Origin: the human T2T-CHM13v2.0 reference genome, Homo sapiens
NCBI RefSeq assembly: GCF_009914755.1
Contig: NC_060927.1
DNA: 64,000 nt
Direction: 5' to 3' (one strand)
Below are positions 25,986 through 39,298 of the stretch, piece after piece. The notes under the pieces are model-generated. The model searched no databases and was not told where the DNA came from. It saw nothing but the letters and a program-made list of their open reading frames with translations. Position numbers and translations under genes: made by a program. Numbering within the stretch: position 1 is the first letter of the stretch; every line of letters begins with the position of its first letter.

Positions 25986-26089
25986 TTGCCACCACTGCAT
26001 CATTATTACAAGGTCCATGTCTGAAGTCAGTGGTGGCTTCAATTCCAGAAGAGGCAAATGGCAGTATGAAGAAGACTTGGGGAGACAGA

Positions 26090-26340
26090 ACAGTATTGGC
26101 TTAAAGCAGGGGTGTTGGAGTCAGGAAGAGCTGTGCCCATACCCCACTTCTCAAACTTAGTTGGATGACCTTGGGCAAGTTATTTGCCACTCAAGGGTAT
26201 GGTTTCCTCATCTAAAAACTGGGAACAGTAATCATACCCACCTCATGCTATTGAGAGGATTAAATGACATGAAGCATGAAAAGCACTTAGCGTAGTGCCT
26301 GTGCATACCAACTGATCCATAAATAATATACATTACTAAA
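26090..26340 (+). mobile_element. MIR, near full length
   Basis: ttggagtcag...tgaccttgggcaagtta...tttcctcatct...aagcacttagcgtagtgcctg. Confidence 0.88.
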
Positions 26341-27419
26341 ATAGTGACCCAAAACATTATTCACAGCTGTAACTCAAGCTCTACATGGAGAGGCAGAGGT
26401 CTGGGGTTGAGCAGGATTCCTGGGAATCTAAGCCTGCAGAGTCAGATCCATAAGAGGCAAAACTTCAAAATGGCTGGTCCCACACTTGCCTGTCCTGCAA
26501 AAGGGTCTTGGCCTCCACTTTCTGGACTGTCAGAAAATCAGTAGATAAAATGAATGTCACTCTGATGGCTAATTATGAGGGCTACGTGGTTGCAAATTAT
26601 TGCTAGACCAAGGGAGGGAGAGGAGAGGAGAGGAGAGAGCTGGGAACACACACTGAGCTTTCAGGGTCATGATAGTCCCTAGAGCCACCCAGGAGGAAGT
26701 GGTATTATTTAAGGAACATCTTAGTCACTATCTTTGGGGTAACTGTACCCACATACCCTAGTGACTCTCAGAAAATACTTTGCCTTCATTGCCGAACAAA
26801 AAAAGATTCATAAGGGAATTAATAAATAAGCCAAATAAAATTTTCGTCTGCCTTTTAATTATAGAAGAGTGATTGCTATGCTAATCATAATCAGCATCAA
26901 GGTCAAAAGTTTCCACCTCTCTGGAATGAACATTTAGAAAACAGATTAATTGGAATACCAATGCTATTTCTGAACTTCCAGCTCACATGGATTTGAAACA
27001 GAATGCTGTATCTTTTAAGTGTCTTTCAAGAGGAGCCATATAATGCTAATACATTAATTAAATAAATGTCACTCCATGAACCTGCTAATGCCCAGGGCAG
27101 AGGGGAACAATTAGGAGGCCCATGAATCGGTGTGATTGCTTAGATGGCTAAAGTAAAGGCTGGTAATTCATTGTTTAAGTAATATCTTGCTTTATCTCTG
27201 CCAACTGTCACTACAGGATGTGTTGAAAGTGTTTAGGTCTCTGGTTAATGTGGGTGATGAAATATAAATGCATTTGGAGAATACTAATTCATTTTGATTT
27301 CCTCTTGGGCATTGATGTCTACAATAAAAATAAAATATCCCTTTAATGTCTATCACTTTACCAAATTAAAGCCCTACCTCACACCATTTACAAAAATAGA
27401 TTCCAATTCTAAAACAACA

Positions 27420-27810
27420 AAGTCTGTGTTATCCATACAATGGAATATGATTCAGACATAAAAAGAAATGAAGTAGTGATACATGCTACAACTTGAATTG
27501 ACCTTGAAAGCATTATGATAGTGAAAAAAGACACAAAATGACACACCTATTGTATAATTTGATTGATATGTAATATCCAGTATAAATAAATCCATAGAGA
27601 TAAAAGATTAGTGGATGCCAAGGGCTGGGGTGAGGAAGGAATGAGGAATGACTGCTAATGGACACTGGGTCTCCTTTATATTGTAGCATTGCTGATAGTA
27701 GTAAAATAACTAGAAACAGCATGAATGCCCATCAGTTGGAGAATAGTTACATAAATCATCCTATCTGTACCTTGTAATATTATGTAACTATTAAAAAGAA
27801 TATGTTAGAA
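27420..27810 (+). mobile_element. L1MB-type 3' fragment (~27420-27678) abutting an L1ME-like fragment
   Basis: atccatacaatggaatat...aaaaagaaatgaagta, aaatccatagag...gattagtgg, gactgctaatgg. Confidence 0.8.
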
Positions 27811-27821
27811 ACTTAGTTACT

Positions 27822-28129
27822 GGCCGGGTGCGATGGCTCATGCCTTTCCCAACACTTTGGGAGGCCAAGACTGGCAGATTACCTGAGGTCAGCAGTTTGA
27901 GAATAGCCTGGCCAACAGGGTGAAACCCCGTCTCTACTAAAAATACAAAAAAAATTAGCTGGGTGTGGTGGCATATGCCTGTAGTCCCAGCTACTCAGAA
28001 GGCTGAGGCAGGAGAATCACTTGAGCTCAGGAGGTGGAAGTTGCAGTGAGCTGAGATCATGCTACTGCATACCAGCCTGGGCAACAGAGTGAGACTCTAT
28101 CTCAAAAAAAAAAAAAAAAAAAAAAAAAA
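27822..28129 (+). mobile_element. AluS (Sx/Sz-like), full length
   Basis: cagattacctgaggtcag...gcctggccaacagggtgaaacccc; A tail at 28104-28129. Confidence 0.95.
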
Positions 28130-28320
28130 GCCGGATGTAGTGGCACATACCTATAATCCTAACTACTTGGGAAGCTGAGGTGGAAGGATCACTTGAGCCC
28201 AGAAGATCAATGTTACAGTGAGCTATGATCACATTACTGCATTCCAGTCTGGGTGACAGTGTAAGACCCTGTCTCAAAAAAAAAAAAGAATTAAAATTAA
28301 AAATTAAATAAATAATAAAA
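28130..28320 (+). mobile_element. AluJ right arm / FRAM-like monomer
   Basis: ggatcacttgagcccagaag...agtgagctatgatc...gaccctgtctc plus A-rich tail, directly after the AluS tail. Confidence 0.9.
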
Positions 28321-28570
28321 TTATATATGTGTGTGTGTGTATGTATGAAAGAAACATAGTTACCGATATGGAAACGTGACCATGTTACATTAAATTCAAA
28401 AGATGAAGAAAACACACCCAGTGGTTGATATTGTTTATTTCAAGGGGTTAGAATTGGTGTGTATCAGAGGGTGGCGGGGGGGTGTTGATTAATTTTTATT
28501 ATACTTCTCTACTCTTTAAATTCATTTGGTGAATATCTATATCTCTCTCTCTATATATATATATATATAG

Positions 28571-28865
28571 ATTATTTTTTTCCCCAAGACGGAGTCTTGC
28601 TCTGTTGCCCAGGCTGGAGTGCCGTGGTGTGATCTCAGCTCACTGCAACCTCCACCTCCCGCGTTCAAGCAATTTTCTTGCCTCAGCATCCTGAATAGCT
28701 GAGATTTTAGGCACGGGCCACCACGCCCACCTAATTTTTGTATTTTTAGTAGAAATGAGGTTTCACCATGTTGTCCAGGCTGATTTTAAACTCCTGACCT
28801 TGTGATCCTCCTGCCTCAGCCTCCCAAAGTGCTGGGATTACAGGCGTGAGACACCACGCCTGGCC
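28571..28865 (-). mobile_element. AluSg-like, full length, preceded by a (CT)n(TA)n run
   Basis: ctcctgaccttgtgatcc; TSD ata(g/t)attattttt on both sides. Confidence 0.95.
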
Positions 28866-29324
28866 ATATATTATTTTTGTAATTTAAAAAGGTTACTTCA
28901 AATTTAAATATATAAACAATAAGTCATTTATACATTCCATAATTATTTACATATTCTAGACACTGTTTAAGGGCCAATATCCACCTGTGATTACTTAGGA
29001 TTTCTTTATAAAGTATAAAAATGGAAAATATTACATTTTACCTGGAATTTCTTCCTAGGCCATGAGAAAGAAAGGCTCAAATGTAAATGAAGAAACCGAC
29101 TCTGAGAGATTTTCTGAGGTTTCAGAGATCACCTTGCCCCACACCTGAGCAGATGTTGAAGTCTCCACTTCCATATCCAGGATCTACTTGGATGCATTCC
29201 ATCCAGGGGAGCTTCTTCCTTCTGTAGACAGCCTGTTTTGTATCCACATAGCTCTACTCTTCTGAAAATTCTTTCTTCCTATTGAGTCAGACCTCCCTGC
29301 CCAGGGGTCCCCATTGCAGAAGCA

Positions 29325-29565
29325 GCTTAGAACACAGGCTTTGCATTCAGGGAGACCTGGGCTTGTGCCCTGGTTCCATTACTTACCACATTGTGACCTT
29401 CTGCAGGTCCTTCACTGCTTTGTGCCTCCATGTCCTCATAGATAGAAGAGGGTCATATGTCTTCACGAGGTAGTCATGGGGATTAAAGTAGATCACATCT
29501 GCAAAATGCCTGGTAGACAGCTTGGCACATTGTAAGAATGCAGTCAATGGTGGCTGCTATGATTA
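29325..29565 (+). mobile_element. MIR, near full length
   Basis: acaggctttgcattcag..gacctgggct...tgtgacctt...ggggattaaa...cttggcacattgtaag. Confidence 0.85.
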
Positions 29566-29696
29566 GCTCTAAGGCCACAAGCAGAAGATTTCTTCTGTTT
29601 TTCCTAACACGTGGCACAAGACTAGTACTTTTCTATCCATTCGATAATTCACTCATTCATTTATTTATTCATCCATTCATCTATTCAATAAATATC

Positions 29697-30270
29697 CAAA
29701 GGCCTTACCATGGCCTATGAAGCCGTGCATAATCAGGCTACCCCCTCCACCCTCCATTTCCCCTAATCTCCCCAGTAACTCTATTACCTTGCCTTCTACC
29801 CTTGTCCCCTTCTTACTCATGCCCTTTTCTTCACAGCCTCCTCTGTGCCCACTGACTGGTATAAGTCAGTGATTGAATATTACTGACTTTACAAATGCAC
29901 ACTGTCTTCCTGGGTGTTCCTCAAACACATGGAGCACTTACCTGCCAGAGGGCCTTTGCTATTACTGTGTGTTCTTTCTGGAATATTCTTCTCACCATTC
30001 TCTCACATCATTCGGCTATCTGCTCACATGTTGCCCAACAAGAGAAGCTGTGCTAGACCACAGTGCTGGCTCTTACCATTCCCAATCCTCCCTGCTCTGC
30101 TTTATTTTTACTCAAAGCACTGCTGTTAATCTATTTCTTTATTGTCTGTTTCCTCCAATTAGAATGTCAGCCTCAAAGTAACAGAAACTCTTTTCTCTCC
30201 TTTGTATCCCCATTGTCTAGAGAATAACCTGACACATAGTAGGCTCTCCATAAGTAACTGGTGAATGTTT
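29697..30270 (+). mobile_element. L2 3' region, apparently inside an opposite-strand L2 (~29635-29697 and ~30270-30360)
   Basis: ccttaccatggccta, agggcctttgc, cctgacacatagtaggctctccataa. Confidence 0.8.
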
Positions 30271-30787
30271 TAACCAACATATGCGAGCACTTACCATGAG
30301 CCAGGTGTGCTGATACAGAGGTGAACAAAAGCAGCACAGTGCTTTCTGCTTCAGTTATAACAGTCTTGTCCCAACACAGCATGGCTTTAACAAGCCAGCT
30401 AGCAGACTGTCATAGTAAATGTTGTTTATGTACAAGGTGTCTTTATGCTGAGGGTAATAAAACAGCCCTACGGCGCCAAAATCATCAAGTTGAGTGACTG
30501 ATTAACTGTTAGACCATAAATAATTCGCATTGGCAAGAAATATTCTCACTTCAGTGTGTGGCAGTATATTGTCACTTCTCTGGATTCTGTCTGATACATT
30601 AGAATATTATAGACTAAAAAGCAATCCTAAAGGGACTGTGCCCTGGCAGTGTAAGTCTGAGACAAAGGAAGGAGGACCCTAAAACATAGGGGGCATGGGG
30701 ATGTGGCCATGGCCAAGTTCATGAGCTGCTTTCACTGTGCATTTGTAAAGGCAATAGCATTTGATCACTGTCGTACCTAACAGTGTC

Positions 30788-31213
30788 TGTATGAGTCCAT
30801 TCTCGCATTGCTATAAGGAAATACCTGAGACTGGATAATTTATAAAGGAAAGAGCTTTAATTGGCTCGTGGTTCTGCAGGCTGTATAGGAAGCATAATGC
30901 AGGCATCTGCTCAGCTTCTTGGGAGGCCTCAGGAAACTTACAGTCATGGGAGAGGGTGAAGTGGGAGCTAGGCATCTCACAGGGTGGGAGCAGAAGAAAG
31001 AGAGAGAATGGGAGGCACTAAACACTTTTAAACAACTGTATCTGGTGAGAACTCACTCACTATCACCAGGCAACTGCCAAGGGGGATGGTGTTAAACCAT
31101 TCAAGAGAAACTACTCCCATGATCCAATCATCCCCCACCAAGCCCTTTTTCCAACATTGGGAATTACAGTTGAACATGAGATTTGGGTGGGAACACAGAC
31201 CTAAACTATGTCA
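30788..31213 (-). mobile_element. MSTA solo LTR (MaLR)
   Basis: tgtatgagtccattctcgcattgctataaggaaatacctgagactgg...aaactatgtca; TSD gtgtc/gtgtg. Confidence 0.93.
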
Positions 31214-31369
31214 GTGTGCACTGAGGAGGCTGTGGAGAAAAGGGCACTCACTGTGCCTGTCCTCAAGAACTAGAAAGTGGCTCTATGTTCTGACCTGCTG
31301 ACACTTGTGGTTATATCTTGACATCAAGACTAATGGCCCAGCCAATGACTATTTGGTACAGTCAGCATT

Positions 31370-31600
31370 TTCAGGAGTTTGGAGTTGGGGGACAAGAGAA
31401 ATCTGGATTTGAATCCAGGTTCTCCTGGTTTTTAGCTGTGTGACCTTGGGCAAGTTAGTTGACCTGAGACTCAGTTTCTACAACTCTAAAATGGGATTTT
31501 AAAAAGTTATGATTTCATTAATAAATATTAAACACAACATTGCATATAAACCATTTGGCAAAATCCCTGTCACATGGCAAGGGCCTAGTTATCACAGTTG
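31370..31600 (+). mobile_element. MIR
   Basis: ctggatttgaatcc...agctgtgtgaccttgggcaagtt...ctcagtttc. Confidence 0.85.
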
Positions 31601-31899
31601 TGTTTGTTCAAATGAGTCTTAACATCTAATTTAAGAATCCCCTCCAGATCCTAAATTGATGGTAGCTCAGATGTCATGTAAGACAAATACAAGACAAACA
31701 CAAGACATACATGAGAATGTTTCCCTGACTTCCTAAAACAAGAAAAAAAAAGTGTTATTGAGATAGTTTCCAGGAATATACTTATGGGGTGAAGAATCCC
31801 TATGGAATAAATATGGTTCAGTGATATTACCAGTCATTATATACCAACCAATTAAATTATAGTTTCAACCATGCCAGTAGAGTAATTCACGGTAATGGA

Positions 31900-32030
31900 T
31901 GGATATGCTACAGCAAGAGACCCAGCCTAGGAGTGGGGAAATTGGGCTCTAGCCCCATTCTGCCACTGTATAGCTTTGGGAGGTCCCTTACCCTCTGGAG
32001 CCTTGGTTTCTCAATTGTACATTAAAAACA
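31900..32030 (+). mobile_element. MIR fragment
   Basis: gggctctagccccattctgccact...ccctctggagccttggtttctc. Confidence 0.6.
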
Positions 32031-33659
32031 TATCATCCAGATGTTTCCATTTTAAGTATCCTTAGAACACTAAGCACCCAGACCCCATTTTATTAGATAC
32101 GGCTCTGCCATCTAAATCCTTGTAACAAATACATCTACAGCATATAGTGTAATCATTGAGGATTTATATTAAAATCAGATGTAGCAAATGGCAGCAAGCG
32201 AGAAAGCTAGAATTTTCTAGTTCATCTCTTATCCACCTCTGGGGAATTGATAGTTATCTTAAAGGTACAATCATTTGAAAACTCCCGCATCTGTGTATGG
32301 GCACTGATTATGTTCCTATGTTTATACATAGAGTAAACAACGTAGGAACTACATAGATGATTCTTAAACTATATAGTATAAGATTTGCTTTTTATAGTTG
32401 ATGATATAAATATGCATTTTGTCGCTCATGGGTATTTAAGGAATTTGGAATAGTATTTTGGCAATCTAAAATGTTTCTTTTATTTGAGAAACTAACCTCC
32501 CCATCCCTGCCTGGAAAGTAAAGGTGACAATAATGGCTATTTAAGACACTGAAAATCAAATTAGGTCACATCCCTGAAACCACCTGGCAAGCTGTGTCAC
32601 AGGAACGTTCGTTGCTGAAATGGCCTGGGGGCAGATAGTAACACAGATATTTTGAAGTATCAGAACTGCACCCTGGATCTGCAGCTAGGATAGGAGAGTG
32701 GCCTGGATGGCTCTGACTATGAAACCCTGATGGAGGAGAGCTGTGAAGGGAGGGGCTGGTGTCCTGAACAGTAGAACTGGGAAAGGGAGGTGATGTGTGA
32801 ACCCTGCTCTCAAGAACCTGCAGGGCTGGCCAAGCGGAAGGGGATTCTGTTTCTAGAGCTAGGTATTTGGAGATTGGGGGAGAGTGCTGTGGTTTGGGAG
32901 AACCTTCAAGAATCCAGTCCAAAACCTGGATGTGTGGCTCCAGGAATCTTGTACAAATGTCTCCCCATGATAACTTTATTTCCCCCTACCATGCAGAAAC
33001 CCCATTTCGAATCACAGATCCGGGTCACATGCCAAGACGGCATCTTAGCCAGGGCCTCTATAGGTGGCTGTACCTCAGAGGGCCACTGAGGGCATTACCT
33101 GTCCATGCAGCAAAGACAGCCAGGCACTCAGGACCTGGACACATGGACACCACTCTGATGGGGTCAGTCCCCAGAGGGCTCTAGACAATGTCTTGGCAGC
33201 TTTTCTACTATGAGTTCAAATCCTGGCTCTACTTCTTTCTCACCCTGTTACATGGAGACGTGAGTCATAACATACAACAATGGTGGGAAAATGAGTTTTT
33301 CTGCATTTTGGAGAAAGCTAGAGGCAGAGATATCATTCAGCAACGAGGGTGAGGCTTCTCTGAGACTGTCTTCTTTTCAAGATCAAGCAGAGTCTGATAT
33401 CTATAAACATTCCTGTAAACGGAGATTGTTATATGCTTTCTGAAATGGTATAAAAGTAATATAAGATACTTTAGGAAAGTGTATAAGAAAGTAATGTTAT
33501 ATTCTTCTGAAATGGTAAGCAAACTTCAGAGGGTCATAGCATAGCAAGAATTGAGCTCCTGAGATTAAGCAAGTCCTCATCATCTCTGGACAATATTATT
33601 GGCAGCTACATGTCGCTTTGGGCTTTGGGGTACACCTACTTCTCCTCCTTCCTAACGTA

Positions 33660-33696
33660 TGTGTGTGTGTGTGTGCATGTGTGTGTGTGTGTGTGT
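33660..33696. repeat. Interrupted (TG)n microsatellite
   Basis: TG run with a single CA interruption. Confidence 0.93.
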
Positions 33697-34629
33697 ATCT
33701 CTTCCTATCTACAGCCCAACAGAAACTCTGTACTGACTCCATGGGTTGGCGTGAAAATCAAATGAAGTCATGAATATAAAGCATTTAGCACAATCTCTGG
33801 AATATATTAAGTGTTTAATTAATGGAAGTTGTTGTCATTGTGGGTTTATCTGGTGATATTTGCCAGGAGGGGAGAATGAGTTGAAGGAGGACTGAGCAGC
33901 TCTATTAGGAGTCTGATTCCTCCCTCATTATCGAAAGCCTCTAAGTCAGGGAACACTGATACTTTGATGTCCACTTTGTCTAGAGTGAGGCTCAAGTTTC
34001 AAGGTTTTCTTCCTTTCCCTAACTTTATGGCCACTCTCAGGCCATAAAGATATCCAGCAGACCCTGGGTTTGTGGAAGACCTGAGCAGAGGCCCTCCCAC
34101 CCCATCACACACATATATAGTCTCAAATAGAAAACCTCCTCTTCACGCTAGTACTGGCTCTACCCCACGTGCTTTACCACTTGTCACCTGTTTTCCAGAA
34201 ATGGACATGTCTTTCCCCTCATCACGTGACTTCAGAGATTCCTTTTATACTTTTCAGTGTCTGCATGCTTGACACCAAATGTTGTCACCTCCTGCCATTA
34301 TCTTTTAGTTGTACTGAAAAAGAAAAACCAGATCCAAGGCCCATGAGTTTCTTGCTAGCCTATCAGGATGCTCCCTCTTCTCCAACTGAACTGACAGTAT
34401 CAAAGGTTTTGCCCTCGTCCATTTCCCGGGTAGGTCTCTGACAATAGTATCTTGTTCCCTGGCTACCACAATGAGAAGTGACAAGGACATTTTCCTGGCA
34501 TTGCAGGTCATAGCTCAGCAGGAGCTGACATGGAGAACACACAGACCCCAGACAGGTCTCCCCGCTGGGTGACAGATACCAGGCCCATCAAACTCAGAAA
34601 ATCTCTTCCTTTACTTCTCTTCTACATCA

Positions 34630-34970
34630 GTCAAGTCAAATTTAGTTATAAGCAACAGATTCCAAATCTGGCTGGCCTATGAAAAAGAGAAGTACTGCCT
34701 GGAAGAAGACAAAGACAGCTCACAGTATTGAGAAGGATGAAGAGCCTGGCCTCAGAAGGGACAGAATGGGACAGGTAGAGAGGTGTGTTAGCAGAAGGGC
34801 CACCACTGGGGTGTATCTGGCCCACACTGTACATGTTAAGATTCCCTGAAGATAGGCTGATGGGCCCAGTGAGGTCACAGGCCCACTGGAAAGTGGAATA
34901 ATTCCCCAAAAGAAATCTAGGTATTGCCGCCAAAGAGGCAGTGAAGGTATAGGCAGAAAAGACGATGATG
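34630..34970 (-). mobile_element. Old MaLR LTR (MLT1K/L-like) fragment
   Basis: gttataagcaacaga..., gaggtcacaggccc, ttccccaaaagaaatctaggtattg. Confidence 0.45.
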
Positions 34971-35145
34971 CTCACTGATAGGACAGCACCCAGCCCTCTC
35001 TGACATTCTCTGGAGCAGCTCAACCCACCCTCCAGATTGGGTTAACTGAGACTGGGGAAGGAACACTGTTCAGTGCTGCCATCCCCCACAGAAGGCAGAG
35101 GTGGTCCATGGGGGCCCTACCTGCCCATCCAGAACAATCTTTTGA

Positions 35146-35512
<367 letters not shown>

Positions 35513-36079
35513 CCCCATCTGATCAATTTCTGCCTGTTTCACCATCACTCGCACGAGCCCAGTTTTAGATATCTTGCCGTTTTTCATTTATTTCTATTTA
35601 ACCTCAATCTCTTCAGCTGCAGAATTAAAACCTCCATATAAAGCATGATTTTCAGCGCAGGGTGGGTTAAGTGAAAGGAATCCCATGTTTAGGGTCCTAC
35701 CTCGCACCTGAGCCCCAGTTTTCTGGTTTGTGAAGTGGTAATGGTCATTTCCTATAGCCCACCTACGACCTCACAGGGAAGGGGAGAGAATGAGTGTTCT
35801 TGAAGGTTCTCTACAAACTGTTGACTGGGATGTGTCTGTGCAGAGAAAATCTGATCCATCTCTAAGAACAACAGTAAACATGGTGGTGTTTCATCAAATG
35901 ACAGGCCATCAGGGAAAGAGTGAGGGGACAAAGCAGTATTCAGGGTAAGTCACACATGCCTGAAAATTAAATTTCAAGAATGCTTGAGAGATGCAAGCAA
36001 AGGCTGGATAACAGAGGAGTAGAGGGCCACAGAAGAAGAAATTAATGTGACTAAAGAGCTATAGATATCAGATGTCTTC

Positions 36080-36200
36080 CATTTATTCATTTATTCACTG
36101 AATAAACTAAGCACCTGTTACTTAGCAGACATAGTGCTGAATACCGGGGACACAGAGATGAATAAAACATATCTCCCACGTTACAAGTCCTAATGGTTTA
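36080..36200 (-). mobile_element. L2 3' end
   Basis: ttcatttattcactg...agcacctg...ggggacacagagatgaataaaac. Confidence 0.7.
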
Positions 36201-39134
36201 GGAGGAAATTTGGGCATTATGTCCAAAGCAAATATTTTTAGGGTTGTTAAAATAAAGGCAGTCATCTCAACGACTTTTTTAAGAAACTAGGGGAACAAAA
36301 AGAGGTGATGCATAGTATTGAGTTGCCTGCTGTCTTAGTCCACATGCCTTTCTGTCTGTAGACTGCAGAAGCAGGACCTGAGCTTGCTCTCTAGAGAAGG
36401 ATCCCAGAGGGAATCTCATTCACTAGAAATTACCAAGTTCCTACAAAGTCAGAGGGAAGTCATTCCAACTATAGAAGCAGAATGAAAATTTGCATTTTCT
36501 TCTCTGTGACATGAAACAAAATCACCCTAACCTTTGGAATCTAGTGTAAAGTGAACACCTACATGCAGCATCTAGTTACAGTGCAGTAGATGATGTATAA
36601 TGTATGAGCTAATGGCCTTTAATTAAACCAGTATTTTCTAGGTTTGGACTTTTTATTTGTATATGTATGTATTTATTAATCTATTGAATGAAAGCAAATG
36701 GAAGCCCAAGCTAATCTTCTGCAAATCCCACCCTATTTTTAGTGGAGAGGACTCAAGTAAGAGTGATGATTTTAGTTTCCATGTTGTTAGGGAAACACTT
36801 GGGGTCATTACATATTTATCCACAGTTAACAACTGACAATCACTGTAATTGTTCAGCTATTTCATTTCAGTCATTTCATTTCTGAAAATGACTCGAGTTG
36901 CCTCTATAATTCTTTTGATTATGCCATTCTCTAAGAATGGAGATGATTGATTATTCTATTCTTTGACCAACTAAAACCATGACAAGCTCTGTCATATATG
37001 TGCCCTTATAATCTCAGGCCTAATGAAAAGTGTAATTAATCCAAGAGGGAATTTTCACAAGTGACTGTCTCAAGATTGATTTAGAAAACTGTTAAGAAGT
37101 TCGTATGTGTGTATGCATGTATCTATGCATGTATCTGTGTATGTGTATTTGTTTAATCAGAGAGATTTGGACCAGGTAAAGAATCTCTTGACAGTGTTAA
37201 ACCATCCAATAAATTATAGCAAGCTGTCTTCTGCAGCTTCATGAGCGTGATATCAGCACATTGACAGTAGAATTGAGCCTATGGGATATGAATGTGATAA
37301 CAGGACTACTAACAGTCAGATGCTTGTGATTGCAACATTTTAAATATTAATAGAATGTTTAATTACCTTTGGCTCTGTTCCTTTCTTAATCTCCCCTCTC
37401 CTAACCTTCAGTGTGGGAATATTATGACAAAATGAAGACTATTCCAGAGAAAATTTAAAAAAAAATAAAAATAAAAGCTGTTTTTTAAAAAAAACAACAA
37501 AGTAACACATTGATAGTCCAAGTTCAGTAATGACTTCTCTTTTTTTTATTTAAAGTTAGTTCACCTTGTTATATTTGACTATGATTTCATCACAAATAAT
37601 CACCCCAGTTGGTGCTTTCTGTGTTCTCCAATCTATTGCAGCTGAAATCTCACTTAAAAATTTAAGCAAATGTGAAATTCCATCAACTTGAAGAGAGTGT
37701 AGTCTTATTTCACATTAATAAAATTTGGTTTTAATCAGCATCACAGAGGCCCTGATTTGCTAGTTTAGTCACTTTAAGTAGGCAGTGGAAGCCCAAGGAT
37801 GCTTACCTAAAGCAAATCCAATCTGACAGTTTTTACTGCGCTTTACATTCATGTTTAAAGCCCCAAATAATATCCTTTAGTGGTTTCAGCAAAAACAATT
37901 CTCATGTGAAACTTTGCTATGTATGGATAAAGACAGTTGACCTTTCTGGGATATTCACTCTCAGTATTTGAGCAACCAACATATAACACACAAATATCCT
38001 CAGCTAGCCGACTGTCATCCCCTGAAATTTCCCTCAAGAGATTCCCCAGGTCATAAAGGGAGACGCACTGCTGAAATTCAGCAAAGGGAAAGCTCCATGG
38101 GCCTCTTAGGCTCAGCAACTTACAAACATGTCTATTTCCTCCCATTTCAGGTGAGCAAGGCCCAGCAGTTCTCCATCTTGATCAGGATAGGATGGTGATA
38201 TGAATCAAGCATTGTTACTAGCTAGGCATATTTACAGCCTTTCAACATTCCATCATGTGTAAGGAAGCCACCTGTTCCCAAATCCATCAGCCATGTGGCC
38301 AGTGCGTCCCACAAATGGAGGTGAAATAAAAGTTTTTAGTAGGAAAATAAAAGCCAGCTCCTAGACTGTTTCAGAGAAGTCATAAGGGGCATGAACCTTT
38401 GTGATGTACCCTGCAGTGTCTTAGCCTGACTTTCCTATGACAGTAACAGTCTATTTCTCAGAGGTCTCTCAGCTGCTTTGACTTTTCTAGATAAATTAAT
38501 AGAAATGAAGCCATTTCACATGCTTATTTGTCCAGATTCCAGGCCAAAGTGTGGGATTCAAACCAGAATTTTAAAGGCTCTTCTTGTTTCTGAGGTTGCC
38601 TTCGGTCTGATTTGAAGAGAGGTAACATGCTATATAGCCTGGCCCCAAACTGCTACCAAGGAATGTAAGATAGATTTTTACATGCGATTTGTGTTCTCAT
38701 AATGGGATATTTCTGTAAAAGATGTGATAAAGTGGAAGAGTCTTAAGAGTGACCATGGGGCTGAAACTAAGCTTTGCCACTTTCTAATTGCAGGACTTTG
38801 GGTCTTGGCTTCCTTTCCATAAAGTAATTCAGCGAGATGCTATGGAAAGAATGGGGTAAGACATATGAGGTGGCTGTTGACATGGTGTGAGGAGGAAGAG
38901 CAGCTGCTGTGCTGGGCTAGGAGCCAGAAGACCTAGACTCTACTTAGGCTCCAGAAAACTTGTTCTGGGTCTCCGACACCACTTCTCTCTGTACTTTTTC
39001 TTCATTTTCAAAATGAGAGGCTGGGACCAGGCAACCCTGTGCATCTGGTGGCTGGTGACTCAGGTACTCTGTATATTCATCCTGCATGAATAGTTTAAAA
39101 GTTTCCAAATCTAGGATGTTTTACAGAGGGATGG

Positions 39135-39298
39135 GATGGTCGTGGAGCACAGGTTTTGGAATCAGTCACATCTGAGTTTAAGTTCAGGTCTCACTATTTT
39201 TAGCAATGTGGAATGGAGGTAATGATGATGCCTTCTCGTAAGGCTGATGTGGGGTAAAAATTAAGTTAATAATGGCAGAAAGCTTAGCTTAGAATGCT
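39135..39298 (+). mobile_element. MIR hosting the nested LTRs
   Basis: gagcacaggttttggaatcag...aatgatgatgcct...aagcttagctt. Confidence 0.65.
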
